DNA from: an uncultured delta proteobacterium
GTDB taxonomy: Bacteria > Desulfobacterota > Binatia > Bin18
Direction: 5' to 3'
Length of the DNA: 64,000 bases
Assembly (NCBI GenBank): GCA_963733195.1
Contig: CAVTCR010000062.1
Coordinates: 256,001-320,000, forward strand
The notes below the pieces were generated by a model. That model searched no databases. It had not been told where the DNA came from and was given only the letters and a program-made list of their open reading frames with translations. Numbering within the stretch: position 1 is the stretch's first letter; each line of letters starts with the position of its first letter. The position numbers and the translations under genes are program-made. Positions 32,544-41,479 of this stretch are shown here, piece by piece.

Positions 32544-34397
32544 TCAGGGGACAGGGGCTATGCGCTCCGTCGGTTGAGACTGAGGCACTGGCAGCAATTC
32601 GGTTTGCTTGTTTTTCGCTGTGGTTGTTGTTGGTGGAGTTTCGTCCCCATCTTCATGTTCAACCGTTGGCGATTTTTTCTCCACAGGTAAGGCCGGCAAT
32701 ACAGCAATCAACGCTAACCGATGCTTCTTATCCGGCCCTTTTCCATCGCTGGCAACTAGATGTTCAAACCGTAAGTCAGATCCCGCCACAAGCGCAGGCC
32801 AATCCTCTTCCCACATCAATAAATATGATGGCGATCCATTGGTGGTATCGACCGGAAAGTCGGCAAGATTTCCCTTAAATACAGGAATGTGTCGTGCGGC
32901 ATAAAAGATTGCCCCATAATCATAAACCCCATCGTAAAAATACAACGGCGCATTCTTCACCGTTGAACGAACGCCGAGCATGAACGGCTTGTATGTTCGC
33001 TCCTGCGCCAGAAGCGGATGGAACAGCGCCTTCGTAAAGTACAGTGAGGATGAGGTAGCAACAGTCAATGCCGCAAAGACATACATCCACTGATTGTGAC
33101 GTATGCCCCAGATATACCATCCGACAGCAAAGACTAGCATGAGTAACCAAATAACGACAACCGCAAATTGCTGCTGGATACTCTCGGCCACCACAGGAAG
33201 GTTGCGTACATCACGCGGATGCAAGAACGGAGAAATCCAATGCTCAAGGTCGACCCCTAAACCATGCGCAGTCAGCAACGCAACCATCAGAACCAATCCG
33301 GTACAAATAAGTAGGGCGACAGCGCGAGCCCCTTTATCGATTACTGGCGAGAATCGTAAAGATCTGTCCACCAATTCCTGCCACCACACTCCAAGTGCCA
33401 TGGCCACCGCAGGATATAAAGGTAACAGATAGTTTCCTCGCTTCCCAGAGGCAAGAGAGAAAAATACAAATCCGCCTAAAAACCATACAACTAAATACAG
33501 AAGTTTTTTCTCCTGCAAGCGCGAGCGATAGAGGAAGTACCCGACTAACGGAAAAAACAGACTCCAGGGAAACATGCCAACAAATAGAGTCGGGATATAA
33601 TAGTAAAATGCATGATCACGACTGGGGCCTCCAGTTTCACTGTCGAAAAAGCGAAACACATTTTCGTCTAATACCTGTCGACGGAAAAATTCCCACCCTC
33701 CGAACCAAGAGGCAAGCAGATACCAAGAAATTGCTACACTCCCGACGATGGCCGCGCCCTTTACGAGTTGCATGCGCTTGAGAAAGGAGAGTTCCCGCGT
33801 CAGATAGAGAAAGAGCAAGACCGTGAGCCCAGGCAGTACAACTCCGAGTGGACCTTTTGCGAGAGTCGCGAACCCAATACTGAGATAAAAGATCCACAAA
33901 GTTCGCGGCTCAGTGGCACGTTCTCGCCACAGCCAGAAAAACGACATCGATGCCGCCGTCAAGAAGAAACAGAGAACGATGTCGCTGCGTGCATAGACAG
34001 CCCAGCGCATCCATTCAGGGGACGTCGTGAGAATCAGGGCCGAAAATAACCCGACCCGCCAGTTCCACAATCGTTGGGCAAAGAAAAATGTGAGCAGGAC
34101 TGTAGCCGTGGCAAAAAGTGCGGACGGAGACCGTACGGCAAATTCATTCACTTTGCCGCTGATGAGCCCAATGAATGCGCCACACCAATGGAACAATGGG
34201 GGTTTGAGTGGCAATTCGGTCCCGTTACGTTTGGGTAAGATCCATCCACCGTCGTTGAGCATTTCCCAAACGATGAGCGCTTCCTTTGATTCCTCGTAAT
34301 TATAGAAGGGGATTTTACCCAACTCCCAAAAGTACAAGAGGAAACAGAGGAGGAAGAGACCGATTATGGTCTGCCGGGTTCGCTGCCACTCACTCAT
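32544..34397 (-). CDS. ArnT/PMT-like (GT-C) glycosyltransferase
   Basis: LKPPLFHW, RSPSA, ARSD, LAKGPLG, KRGNYLLPLYPA. Confidence 0.9.
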   Translation of the reverse strand: MSEWQRTRQTIIGLFLLCFLLYFWELGKIPFYNYEESKEALIVWEMLNDGGWILPKRNGTELPLKPPLFHWCGAFIGLISGKVNEFAVRSPSALFATATVLLTFFFAQRLWNWRVGLFSALILTTSPEWMRWAVYARSDIVLCFFLTAASMSFFWLWRERATEPRTLWIFYLSIGFATLAKGPLGVVLPGLTVLLFLYLTRELSFLKRMQLVKGAAIVGSVAISWYLLASWFGGWEFFRRQVLDENVFRFFDSETGGPSRDHAFYYYIPTLFVGMFPWSLFFPLVGYFLYRSRLQEKKLLYLVVWFLGGFVFFSLASGKRGNYLLPLYPAVAMALGVWWQELVDRSLRFSPVIDKGARAVALLICTGLVLMVALLTAHGLGVDLEHWISPFLHPRDVRNLPVVAESIQQQFAVVVIWLLMLVFAVGWYIWGIRHNQWMYVFAALTVATSSSLYFTKALFHPLLAQERTYKPFMLGVRSTVKNAPLYFYDGVYDYGAIFYAARHIPVFKGNLADFPVDTTNGSPSYLLMWEEDWPALVAGSDLRFEHLVASDGKGPDKKHRLALIAVLPALPVEKKSPTVEHEDGDETPPTTTTAKNKQTELLPVPQSQPTERIAPVP

Positions 34398-34499
34398 GCA
34401 GCACCTCGAACATCGTTACAGGCACCTATACGCTGCTGTTCCGCCTGTCAAACCCCTCATTCCCAATCAGCACTTCACGATTTACAATTTGCAATTGTT

Positions 34500-34856
34500 A
34501 TGCGCGCACCAGCAGTTTTGCTTAATGTCGTCATCGCAAGCGCCCTCGGTGGGTTGTCCGGCTACATGCTCGCGCAAAAAGGGAGTCGGCAAGAAATTAC
34601 AACGCTACGCCAGGAATACCAAGCAGCTCTCGTGCGTGAGCAAGAGTTACGCACACAGCTGGAATCTGCTCTCACTGCTCGGGCAGCATTGGAGCAACAA
34701 TCTCAACATTTACAAACAGAACTTGCTGAACGGCTACGTCGGCTTGAGGACCTTGCAGCAAAACTCAACCCATTCCCCAATCCGCCGACAACAGAAGCTC
34801 CGGTTGACACTGGCCCAGAGGGGAAGAATGACAACAGTCCCCCTCAAGAGGATTGA
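34500..34856 (+). CDS. Hypothetical membrane-anchored coiled-coil protein
   Basis: N-terminal hydrophobic stretch followed by a heptad-rich E/Q/L segment. Confidence 0.65.
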   Translation: MRAPAVLLNVVIASALGGLSGYMLAQKGSRQEITTLRQEYQAALVREQELRTQLESALTARAALEQQSQHLQTELAERLRRLEDLAAKLNPFPNPPTTEAPVDTGPEGKNDNSPPQED

Positions 34857-34867
34857 TGGGGTTGGCG

Positions 34868-35125
34868 CTACTTACGTCGCAACAGACGATATTCTGAAAG
34901 CATCCGCTCTACACGTTCCTGCTCAGAGGCGTATTTTCGCATGCCAAGAAAGAATTTGACGAGTTCATCTTCACTCGCCTCTTCTGTGGGTTGTAGCACT
35001 TTCAGCAGTTCGTCAACCAAGCTGGGGAATTTTTCGCTAGGGATATAGTAATGCGCCCAACCGAATTCGCAGTGACGATGGAGGATTTTGGCTATGGTTT
35101 TCTCCAGGCTCTCCCGTCCAGCCAT
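34868..35125 (-). CDS. Hypothetical protein, 85 aa
   Basis: SD aggagg upstream; protein-like composition. Confidence 0.6.
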   Translation of the reverse strand: MAGRESLEKTIAKILHRHCEFGWAHYYIPSEKFPSLVDELLKVLQPTEEASEDELVKFFLGMRKYASEQERVERMLSEYRLLRRK

Positions 35126-35239
35126 GAACGTTCGCCCTCCTTCAAATCTATACGCGCCGCTACCTTAGTGGCTCTGCTCCTCAGAGTCAAGGTAAAGCCC
35201 CCTTTCCTCCGGTGTTCACTTCTGTCACAACAACCGCCG

Positions 35240-35917
35240 ATGAAAAAGCCCACCGTGTCGCGCTGGCAGTTCGCTCATCCCGCAACCATTCGCGCCTTTC
35301 AGCGTCGGCTCATTGCCTGGTACCAAAAGCATGGTCGAGATTTACCGTGGCGTCGCACGCGTGATCCATACGCCATTTTGGTTTCCGAAATCATGCTACA
35401 ACAAACTCAAGTACAACGAGCAACGTTGTATTACGAGAAATTTCTCCAACGTTATCCCACCGTTGAAGAACTCGCCCGTGCAGATGAACCAGAAGTCCGT
35501 GAAACCTGGGAAGGCCTTGGGTACTATGCCCGCGCTCGTAACTTACAGCGTACCAGTCAAAAGATTGTCAACGAATATGAAGGACGTTTTCCCAAAGACC
35601 CCACAGAGCTAGAAACGTTTCCCGGTATTGGCCCCTATACGGCTGGTGCGGTGGCAAGTTTTGCGTTCCGTAAAGACGCTGCGATCCTTGATACCAATGC
35701 TGAACGGGTATTAACGCGTTTCTTTGCGCTTGCGCCAGAGCGACAAACGTCTCGGTTCTTGTGGGACATTGCACATCGAGTGACACCGAAAGGCAAAGCG
35801 TACCTGTTCAATCAAGCGATCATGGATGTTGGAGCGACAATCTGTGTGGCACGCACGCCACGCTGCACGGCGTGTCCATTACGTTCAGTGTGTAAGAGCG
35901 TCACAACCAAGACATAA
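35240..35917 (+). CDS. mutY: A/G-specific adenine glycosylase, short form
   Basis: RDLPWR, VSEIMLQQT, WEGLGYYARARNL, PGIGPYTA, DTN, Fe-S motif CxxxxxxCxxCxxxxxC. Confidence 0.85.
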   Translation: MKKPTVSRWQFAHPATIRAFQRRLIAWYQKHGRDLPWRRTRDPYAILVSEIMLQQTQVQRATLYYEKFLQRYPTVEELARADEPEVRETWEGLGYYARARNLQRTSQKIVNEYEGRFPKDPTELETFPGIGPYTAGAVASFAFRKDAAILDTNAERVLTRFFALAPERQTSRFLWDIAHRVTPKGKAYLFNQAIMDVGATICVARTPRCTACPLRSVCKSVTTKT

Positions 35918-35984
35918 GGCAATTGCGGTTCTTTTGTAGCACGACTCACAGTCGCTAGACTTGTTGTGACTTCAGACTATTTTT

Positions 35985-36120
35985 CCCATTCATCATTCTG
36001 CATTCATCGTTCATCATTTCGTGTTCCTCGTTTCGTACGACTCCCAGACTCTCAGACTCCTAGACTTTCCGCATCCTGGCCCGTTTTCATCATTTTTGCC
36101 TTTTGCCCTTTGACTTTTTT
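35985..36120. repeat. Cluster of three different short tandem arrays
   Basis: cattcat/cattctg/cgttcat (7-mer), agactccc/agactctc/agactcct (8-mer), ttttgcc/ctttgac (7-mer). Confidence 0.65.
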
Positions 36121-36131
36121 CAAAGGAAGTT

Positions 36132-36274
36132 GGGACTCGGTCTTCCCTCATCCCAGCTGATGGGCTTTACCTGCAGCCTACGGTTACCGCCACACGTCCT
36201 ATGAGCGCTAGAGTCTCTGGGATTCGTGAAACGGTAAGGGGTCGCGGAAAAACGCTCTGGAAAAGAACCGAGAC
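36132..36274 (-). ncRNA. Candidate structured RNA, family not recognised
   Basis: Nested stems CUCGGU/ACCGAG, UUACCG/CGGUAA and CACG/CGUG; G-U pairs favour the minus strand. Confidence 0.25.
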
Positions 36275-36275
36275 T

Positions 36276-36347
36276 GGCAGGCACAGCCTGCCCTACGACG
36301 CCTCCGCATGGCTACGGAATTTCACCGTAGGGCGGGCTGCGCCCGCC
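36276..36347. repeat. Pair of oppositely oriented GTAG REPs
   Basis: ggcaggcacagcctgccctac (36276-36296) and gtagggcgggctgcgcccgcc (36327-36347). Confidence 0.7.
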
Positions 36348-36537
36348 ATCGTATCCCCTCAGAGAGATTCTGGCTCCCACTAGAATCTCCCTGTGGAACG
36401 TCGCATCGTAAAGTGTAGGAATATTTTGCAAGCTCTGGCTTGGGTTTGTGAACTGCTCTTTCAGGCTTACAATAAGAATAGAAGCACCTTCAAAAACCAC
36501 CTGAGGTTCCGATAACATCAGAGAGGGGGTACATAAC

Positions 36538-37884
36538 ATGGAAAAGAAATCACGCCGGCCCAAAAAAGACGAATATCGCATGCGCACGCAGATGATTCAC
36601 GGGATTCCTAACAGCACACGCTGGGACTACGACCATCATGTCGTGCCACCGATCTCTGCCTCAACGACGTTCCGCCTAAGTTCAGCCTATCGCGGCGCCC
36701 GTGGCTTTGCCAATTTCGCCAACGATGCAGCTAACCTCACCTCTCAGGTGCCGATCTATATTTATGATCGCCTGGATGAACCGACACGCGGGATGCTGGA
36801 AGATGCGCTGGCGCATGCCGAAGGTGGGGAATCTGCTGTGTGTTTCGCTACCGGTATGGCGGCGGTTACTGCGGCCCTAGGAGTAACAGTCAAAGCCGGT
36901 GAAGAAGTAGTCGCCCATCGTGTCGTCTATGGTTGCACTTACAGCCTCATGACGAACTGGCTTCCGCGCTATCAAGTGAATACGCGTTTTGTTGATCTTA
37001 CTGATGAGCAGGCGTTACGTGCCGCCATCAATGACCGCACGCGCGTGGTCTACTTCGAGACACCGGTCAACCCTACTCTTCAGCTTATCGATATCGCTGC
37101 TGTGCGGCGGGTCGTCGATGAAGCAAATAAAGGACGCCAAGAGCCTATTCTGATCATCGTCGATAACACGTTCTCAACTCCCTATTGCCAGCGCCCGCTC
37201 GAACAAGGAGCGCATGTCGTCCTTCACAGCCTTACCAAAGATATTGGTGGCTTCGGCACCGACATGGGCGGTGCAGTGATTGCTCCACGTGAATTGCACA
37301 GTCCGTTGCTCATGTACCGTAAGGATTTTGGCGGGGTATTATCATCGAAGAGCGCGTGGACGTTTCTTGTCTACGGACTGCCAACGCTGGCGACGCGCAT
37401 GGTCAATCAGCAAAAGAGTGCAACCAAGGTCGCGCAGTTTTTACAAGAGCATCCGCTCATCGCTAAAGTCGTCTACCCAGGTCTCGAAAACTTTGCCCAG
37501 CGAGAACTTGCCATGCGCCAGATGACCGACTATCGCGGCAAATTTGCGCCTGGATCGATGTTGTCGTTCACCGTAAAAGACCCAAGCGCTGACAACCGCG
37601 TAGCCGAAGCGTTTATCGATTATATCGCCGAACATGCGTATTCGATCACCCTAGCGGTGAGTCTCGGTCATATCAAAACCCTGATCGAGAATCCGTATTC
37701 GATGACCCATGCCGCACTGCCAGCAGCGGAGAAGCTTGCTCGCGGAGTCGAACCGGGAATGTTACGACTCTCGCTTGGACTCGAAGACTGGCAAGACATT
37801 ATCGAGGACCTGAGTAACGCGCTCGATGCCGTTGCAGGCCTGTGCAATGAGAAACCGGCAGCACCAGTGACGGCGGTGCGGTAA
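36538..37884 (+). CDS. Cys/Met metabolism PLP enzyme (methionine gamma-lyase or cystathionine lyase-like)
   Basis: YIYDRLDEPT, FATGMAA, YGCT, FETPVNP, DNTF, HSLTK, LAVSLG, LRLSLGLE. Confidence 0.9.
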   Translation: MEKKSRRPKKDEYRMRTQMIHGIPNSTRWDYDHHVVPPISASTTFRLSSAYRGARGFANFANDAANLTSQVPIYIYDRLDEPTRGMLEDALAHAEGGESAVCFATGMAAVTAALGVTVKAGEEVVAHRVVYGCTYSLMTNWLPRYQVNTRFVDLTDEQALRAAINDRTRVVYFETPVNPTLQLIDIAAVRRVVDEANKGRQEPILIIVDNTFSTPYCQRPLEQGAHVVLHSLTKDIGGFGTDMGGAVIAPRELHSPLLMYRKDFGGVLSSKSAWTFLVYGLPTLATRMVNQQKSATKVAQFLQEHPLIAKVVYPGLENFAQRELAMRQMTDYRGKFAPGSMLSFTVKDPSADNRVAEAFIDYIAEHAYSITLAVSLGHIKTLIENPYSMTHAALPAAEKLARGVEPGMLRLSLGLEDWQDIIEDLSNALDAVAGLCNEKPAAPVTAVR

Positions 37885-37887
37885 GTA

Positions 37888-38024
37888 GTAGAGACGCCCC
37901 GCCGAGGCGTTTCCCTTGGTTGGGTTACAGGAATCTCCCTCACCCGCATCCGCTTTCGCGTCTGCTTCCCTCTCCCAGTGGGAGAGCTTGTCCTTCGCGT
38001 AGTCGGAGGAGGACAGGGTGAGGG
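37888..38024. repeat. GTAG REP plus family D palindrome between convergent genes
   Basis: gtagagacgccccgccgaggcgtttcc; ccctcaccc...ccctctcccagtgggagag...gggtgaggg. Confidence 0.6.
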
Positions 38025-38045
38025 TATTAATATTCCTCGTTTTCT

Positions 38046-39357
38046 TTAGAAACTCACTTCCAGGCCTGCAGAGGGAATCACATCAGCCCGTATCCCATCG
38101 TTGTTGAGCGGCAGAAAGACATTCGCGTAGCCGACGATAGCCCCATAGATGTTGGCTTTGAACCCAACCGCAAGATCGACGATGTCAGGCCGTACCTTGG
38201 TGCTGAAGGTTCTTGTCGTAGGTAGTGTTGTCGGTGTCGCTTCAGATGTTCCAGGTGCATTCACAAACTGCGGTACTTGCACCGAAAGACGGTCATTTTT
38301 TAGATACGAACTCCCAACGATATCGACGTTCAAGGCCAACTGATCGATCAGTGAAAATGCGACCCCTGCGCCATAGCGCGCGCGGGTCCGATCTGAGTCA
38401 TCCCAGTTGAACTCGATGCCGCCAGTCGCATGCAGATGGAATCGCCAATATTCCTGCGAAAGAGCAAGGAAGGGGGTGAGTCATAGTGTCACCAAGGCCC
38501 TGAAAATCGTCTTCATCCCCGGTCGGCAGCCGTAACGTCAAACCAGCTGCAAGATTGAATCCATTATTATCTATAAGGTGATATTTCGTCCGTAGAAGAA
38601 GGTCGCCAATGCCAACTGGATCATCAGACGTTGAACGCACTTCAGTATCTTCCCCTGTCGCGTTATCAAACGAGTGCGTATCCGTACCGCTTTCGTTGTT
38701 CAGCACTGCCTGCGCACGCATTCGAAAATGGGTAAAAACAAAGGGCAATAGAATATTCACATCCCAGCGATCAGTAACACCGTAGGTCGCAAACAAAGAG
38801 AAAACATGCGACTGCAAAGTGAACTTTTCGAAGAATAAGGCAGCCGTATCTTGTTCAAAAGCCGGGACATTAGGACTAGGAGGGGGATTTGGCGTATTGC
38901 AGCAGTCATTATGCTCCAGGTCTCGGAATGAGAGACGATCCAGATTTTTCCCGTTGAGTTCATCAAAATCGATAAAGAGATAGGAAAAGCCGAAATCAAC
39001 TTTCCCGCGGCCAAGTGTCTCTGGTCGTTCGACAAACACCGGTCCTAACAAGTTCGAGGAGCGCTCAAACACTTGTAATTGCATGTTGTACTGGTAGGTA
39101 AACCCCGGTGCAGTCGAAATTGCCGGAAAATCGGCAGCCGAAGCAGCCATTTGCTTCACCAGGAGATCAAGAGTCGCCAGACTCGTACTGGTAAAATGCG
39201 CTTGATGCGGGACGGCATTGTCATCCACATCAGCCTCGATTCCACGGTCGCCAAAGAGCAGACTAATCCGATCCGATAAGCTGCGAGCTTCTGCCAACCC
39301 GGAGCACCCTACCACGAACGTCGCAAACACGAGTCCTGTCAAGATCTTAGCACGCAT
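38046..39357 (-). CDS. Outer-membrane beta-barrel (MetA-pathway/SphA-like transporter); frameshifted
   Basis: Signal peptide, ERPETLGRG, GIGDLLLRTKY, LRLPTGDEDDFQGLG, terminal GLEVSF. Confidence 0.7.
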
Positions 39358-39600
39358 CACGCCCTCTCCCCTTTTCACACCGCAGACATTTATTTTGGCT
39401 TCCCCCACAGGGTCAATCAGAAACTACAACTCCCAATAGAAAGTCATATCTAGCGTATGGCGTGCAATGGCAAAAGTCAAAAGTCGATATATCCTCGACC
39501 TATCTCAAGGATAGGGCCGGTCCACTAGTGAAATAGAAAGAAGCAGTTGATAAGTCCGCCTGGAAAAAGATACGATGCAGGTCTAATACGGTGTGTCTTC

Positions 39601-40038
39601 ATGACTGAAAAACGGACAAGAGCGAGCAAGCAACTCCAATTTCTTCATTGGGGTGTTCTTTCTACGCTCGTTGTTCACCTCCTGACCCATTGTGCACTCG
39701 GTCCGCTGGCTCATCTACGCTTCTTGGGGGATGCAACACCGGCATACCACGCCAGTGGCAAAGACTGCATGCATCCTGTTGCCGACCACACCTCGAGTCC
39801 GTCTTCAGAACAACACCGCTCTGGTCTGCCAGGAACGTGCGATGAACTGGCCGGAGCCCATAAAGCGACAGTCTCGGCGTCTTCACAGACTATCGATGTT
39901 CCCCACTTTGCGCAGATTCTTTCTTTCTTCGATCTTCACACATTGACTGCGGGAGTGCAGATGCTCTCCGCTGCGCCTGTTCTTTCTTGTTGCTCTTCGT
40001 CCTCCTTGTATCTGCAGGGCGTTGCCTTGTTGATTTGA
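39601..40038 (+). CDS. His/Cys-rich small protein upstream of the czc operon (CzcI/DUF2946-like position)
   Basis: N-terminal hydrophobic segment, many His and Cys, ends LYLQGVALLI. Confidence 0.5.
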   Translation: MTEKRTRASKQLQFLHWGVLSTLVVHLLTHCALGPLAHLRFLGDATPAYHASGKDCMHPVADHTSSPSSEQHRSGLPGTCDELAGAHKATVSASSQTIDVPHFAQILSFFDLHTLTAGVQMLSAAPVLSCCSSSSLYLQGVALLI

Positions 40039-40215
40039 CCCATCCTCTTCCTTTGTGTTGTTGTCGAGCCAGAGACCAGAGGTCGGAGTGGTCAGCCACC
40101 CTCCCGTCCTGATCAGCACTCTGACTTGATCCTTCAGTACGAAACGCTCGGCAAGACTTACCAACAAAAAACGGAAGCCTTACCCCGGCAGGAAGGAAGC
40201 CGGAGGAGGGACGTA

Positions 40216-41466
40216 ATGACAAGACGTCTGTGGTCCGTACTCATACTAGCGGCGGTGGCCATCGTGCCACAGTCGAGCGAGGGGCAAGAACGCCCAGCAT
40301 TGACTCCGGCTGAAGCCTTGATGCTGGCACGGGATCACAACCCTGAACTCTTAGCGGCTCGTCAGGAACTAGAGATCGCACGCGGTCGGCTAATTAAAGC
40401 CCGCTATCCTAGCCAATTTAACCCAGAGCTTGCGACAGAAGTCACGGATCGCTCGCGTGGCGAGCCAGGGGAGCGTGGGAATTCCGTTGATTTTGCCGTC
40501 ACACTCTCGCAGCAAATCGAAATCGGGGGACAGCGCGAGAAGCGCATTGAGGAAGCGGAGCGCCATGTTGCTGTCGTCATACAACGAGTGAAAGATCGCG
40601 AACGACTCATCTTGGCGCAGGTGAAGGACCGTTTCTATCGCGCTCTTTCTTTGCATCGTCGCGGTGACCTCTTCCGCCATGTCGAAGATCTCACCCGCCG
40701 TCTCCGTACTGCGGCAGCCAAGCGTTTCCAAGCTGGAGAGATAACCAAACTCGAAGTGAACCTTGCCGAAATTCAACTGGGGCAAGCTCGCCGTGATACG
40801 TTGATTGCCGAACGAGACTACCGCAACATGCTGCAAGAGTTGGAGCGTCTGCTTGGCCAGGAACCACGCGGCACCATCGCGTTGGCTGGACAGCTGACTG
40901 TCCGGCCCCAGACGGTGGATGAACAAACGATATTGCAACAAGCGCTCGAAACACGTCCTGATTTGCAGGGCGCCCGCGCAGAGCTGGGACGAATCGATGT
41001 CGAAACTGAACTGACACGCCGCTTAGCACTCCCCAATCCAACACTGAGCTTTGTCTACCGTGAGGAAGAGAAACGTGACTACATCGCCGGGGCAGAAATC
41101 CGCTTTCCCTTGCCGATCTTTGATCGCAAGCAAGCAGAATTACTCCAACTCGCCGGTCGGAAAGAACAGGCCGGACACGAACGACAGAGCATCGAACTGC
41201 AAATCCGTCAGGAAGTGTCGGAGGCGTTGCGCACGTATAACACCGCCAAGGCAGAAGTCGAGGTTTATGAGCAAGATGTCTTAGAACGAGCGACAGAGAA
41301 CTTTCAGCTTATCGAAGTCGCCTATCGTGAAGGACAAATCAATCTGTTGCAACTGGTGGTGGTACAGACGAATCTGGTGACTGCTCAGCTCTCGTATATC
41401 GACGCTCTCAGCGCCTATTGGCAAGCCCGCATTGCATTGGAGCGAGCCACCGGGACGGATCTGTAG
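40216..41466 (+). CDS. czcC: TolC family outer-membrane factor (CzcC-like)
   Basis: Signal peptide, NPEL, PLPIFDR, YREGQINLL; first gene of the CBA operon. Confidence 0.85.
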   Translation: MTRRLWSVLILAAVAIVPQSSEGQERPALTPAEALMLARDHNPELLAARQELEIARGRLIKARYPSQFNPELATEVTDRSRGEPGERGNSVDFAVTLSQQIEIGGQREKRIEEAERHVAVVIQRVKDRERLILAQVKDRFYRALSLHRRGDLFRHVEDLTRRLRTAAAKRFQAGEITKLEVNLAEIQLGQARRDTLIAERDYRNMLQELERLLGQEPRGTIALAGQLTVRPQTVDEQTILQQALETRPDLQGARAELGRIDVETELTRRLALPNPTLSFVYREEEKRDYIAGAEIRFPLPIFDRKQAELLQLAGRKEQAGHERQSIELQIRQEVSEALRTYNTAKAEVEVYEQDVLERATENFQLIEVAYREGQINLLQLVVVQTNLVTAQLSYIDALSAYWQARIALERATGTDL

Positions 41467-41479
41467 AGGAAGTGCCGCA

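Noticed and set aside
36155-36232. Hammerhead ribozyme (ctgatg...gtgaaac)
   Set aside because: The core reads CUGAUGG rather than CUGAUGA, and the three helices could not be built.
35985-36350. CRISPR array
   Set aside because: Repeats are 7-8 nt tandem units or REP hairpins. There are no constant 25-40 nt repeats with unique spacers and no cas genes.
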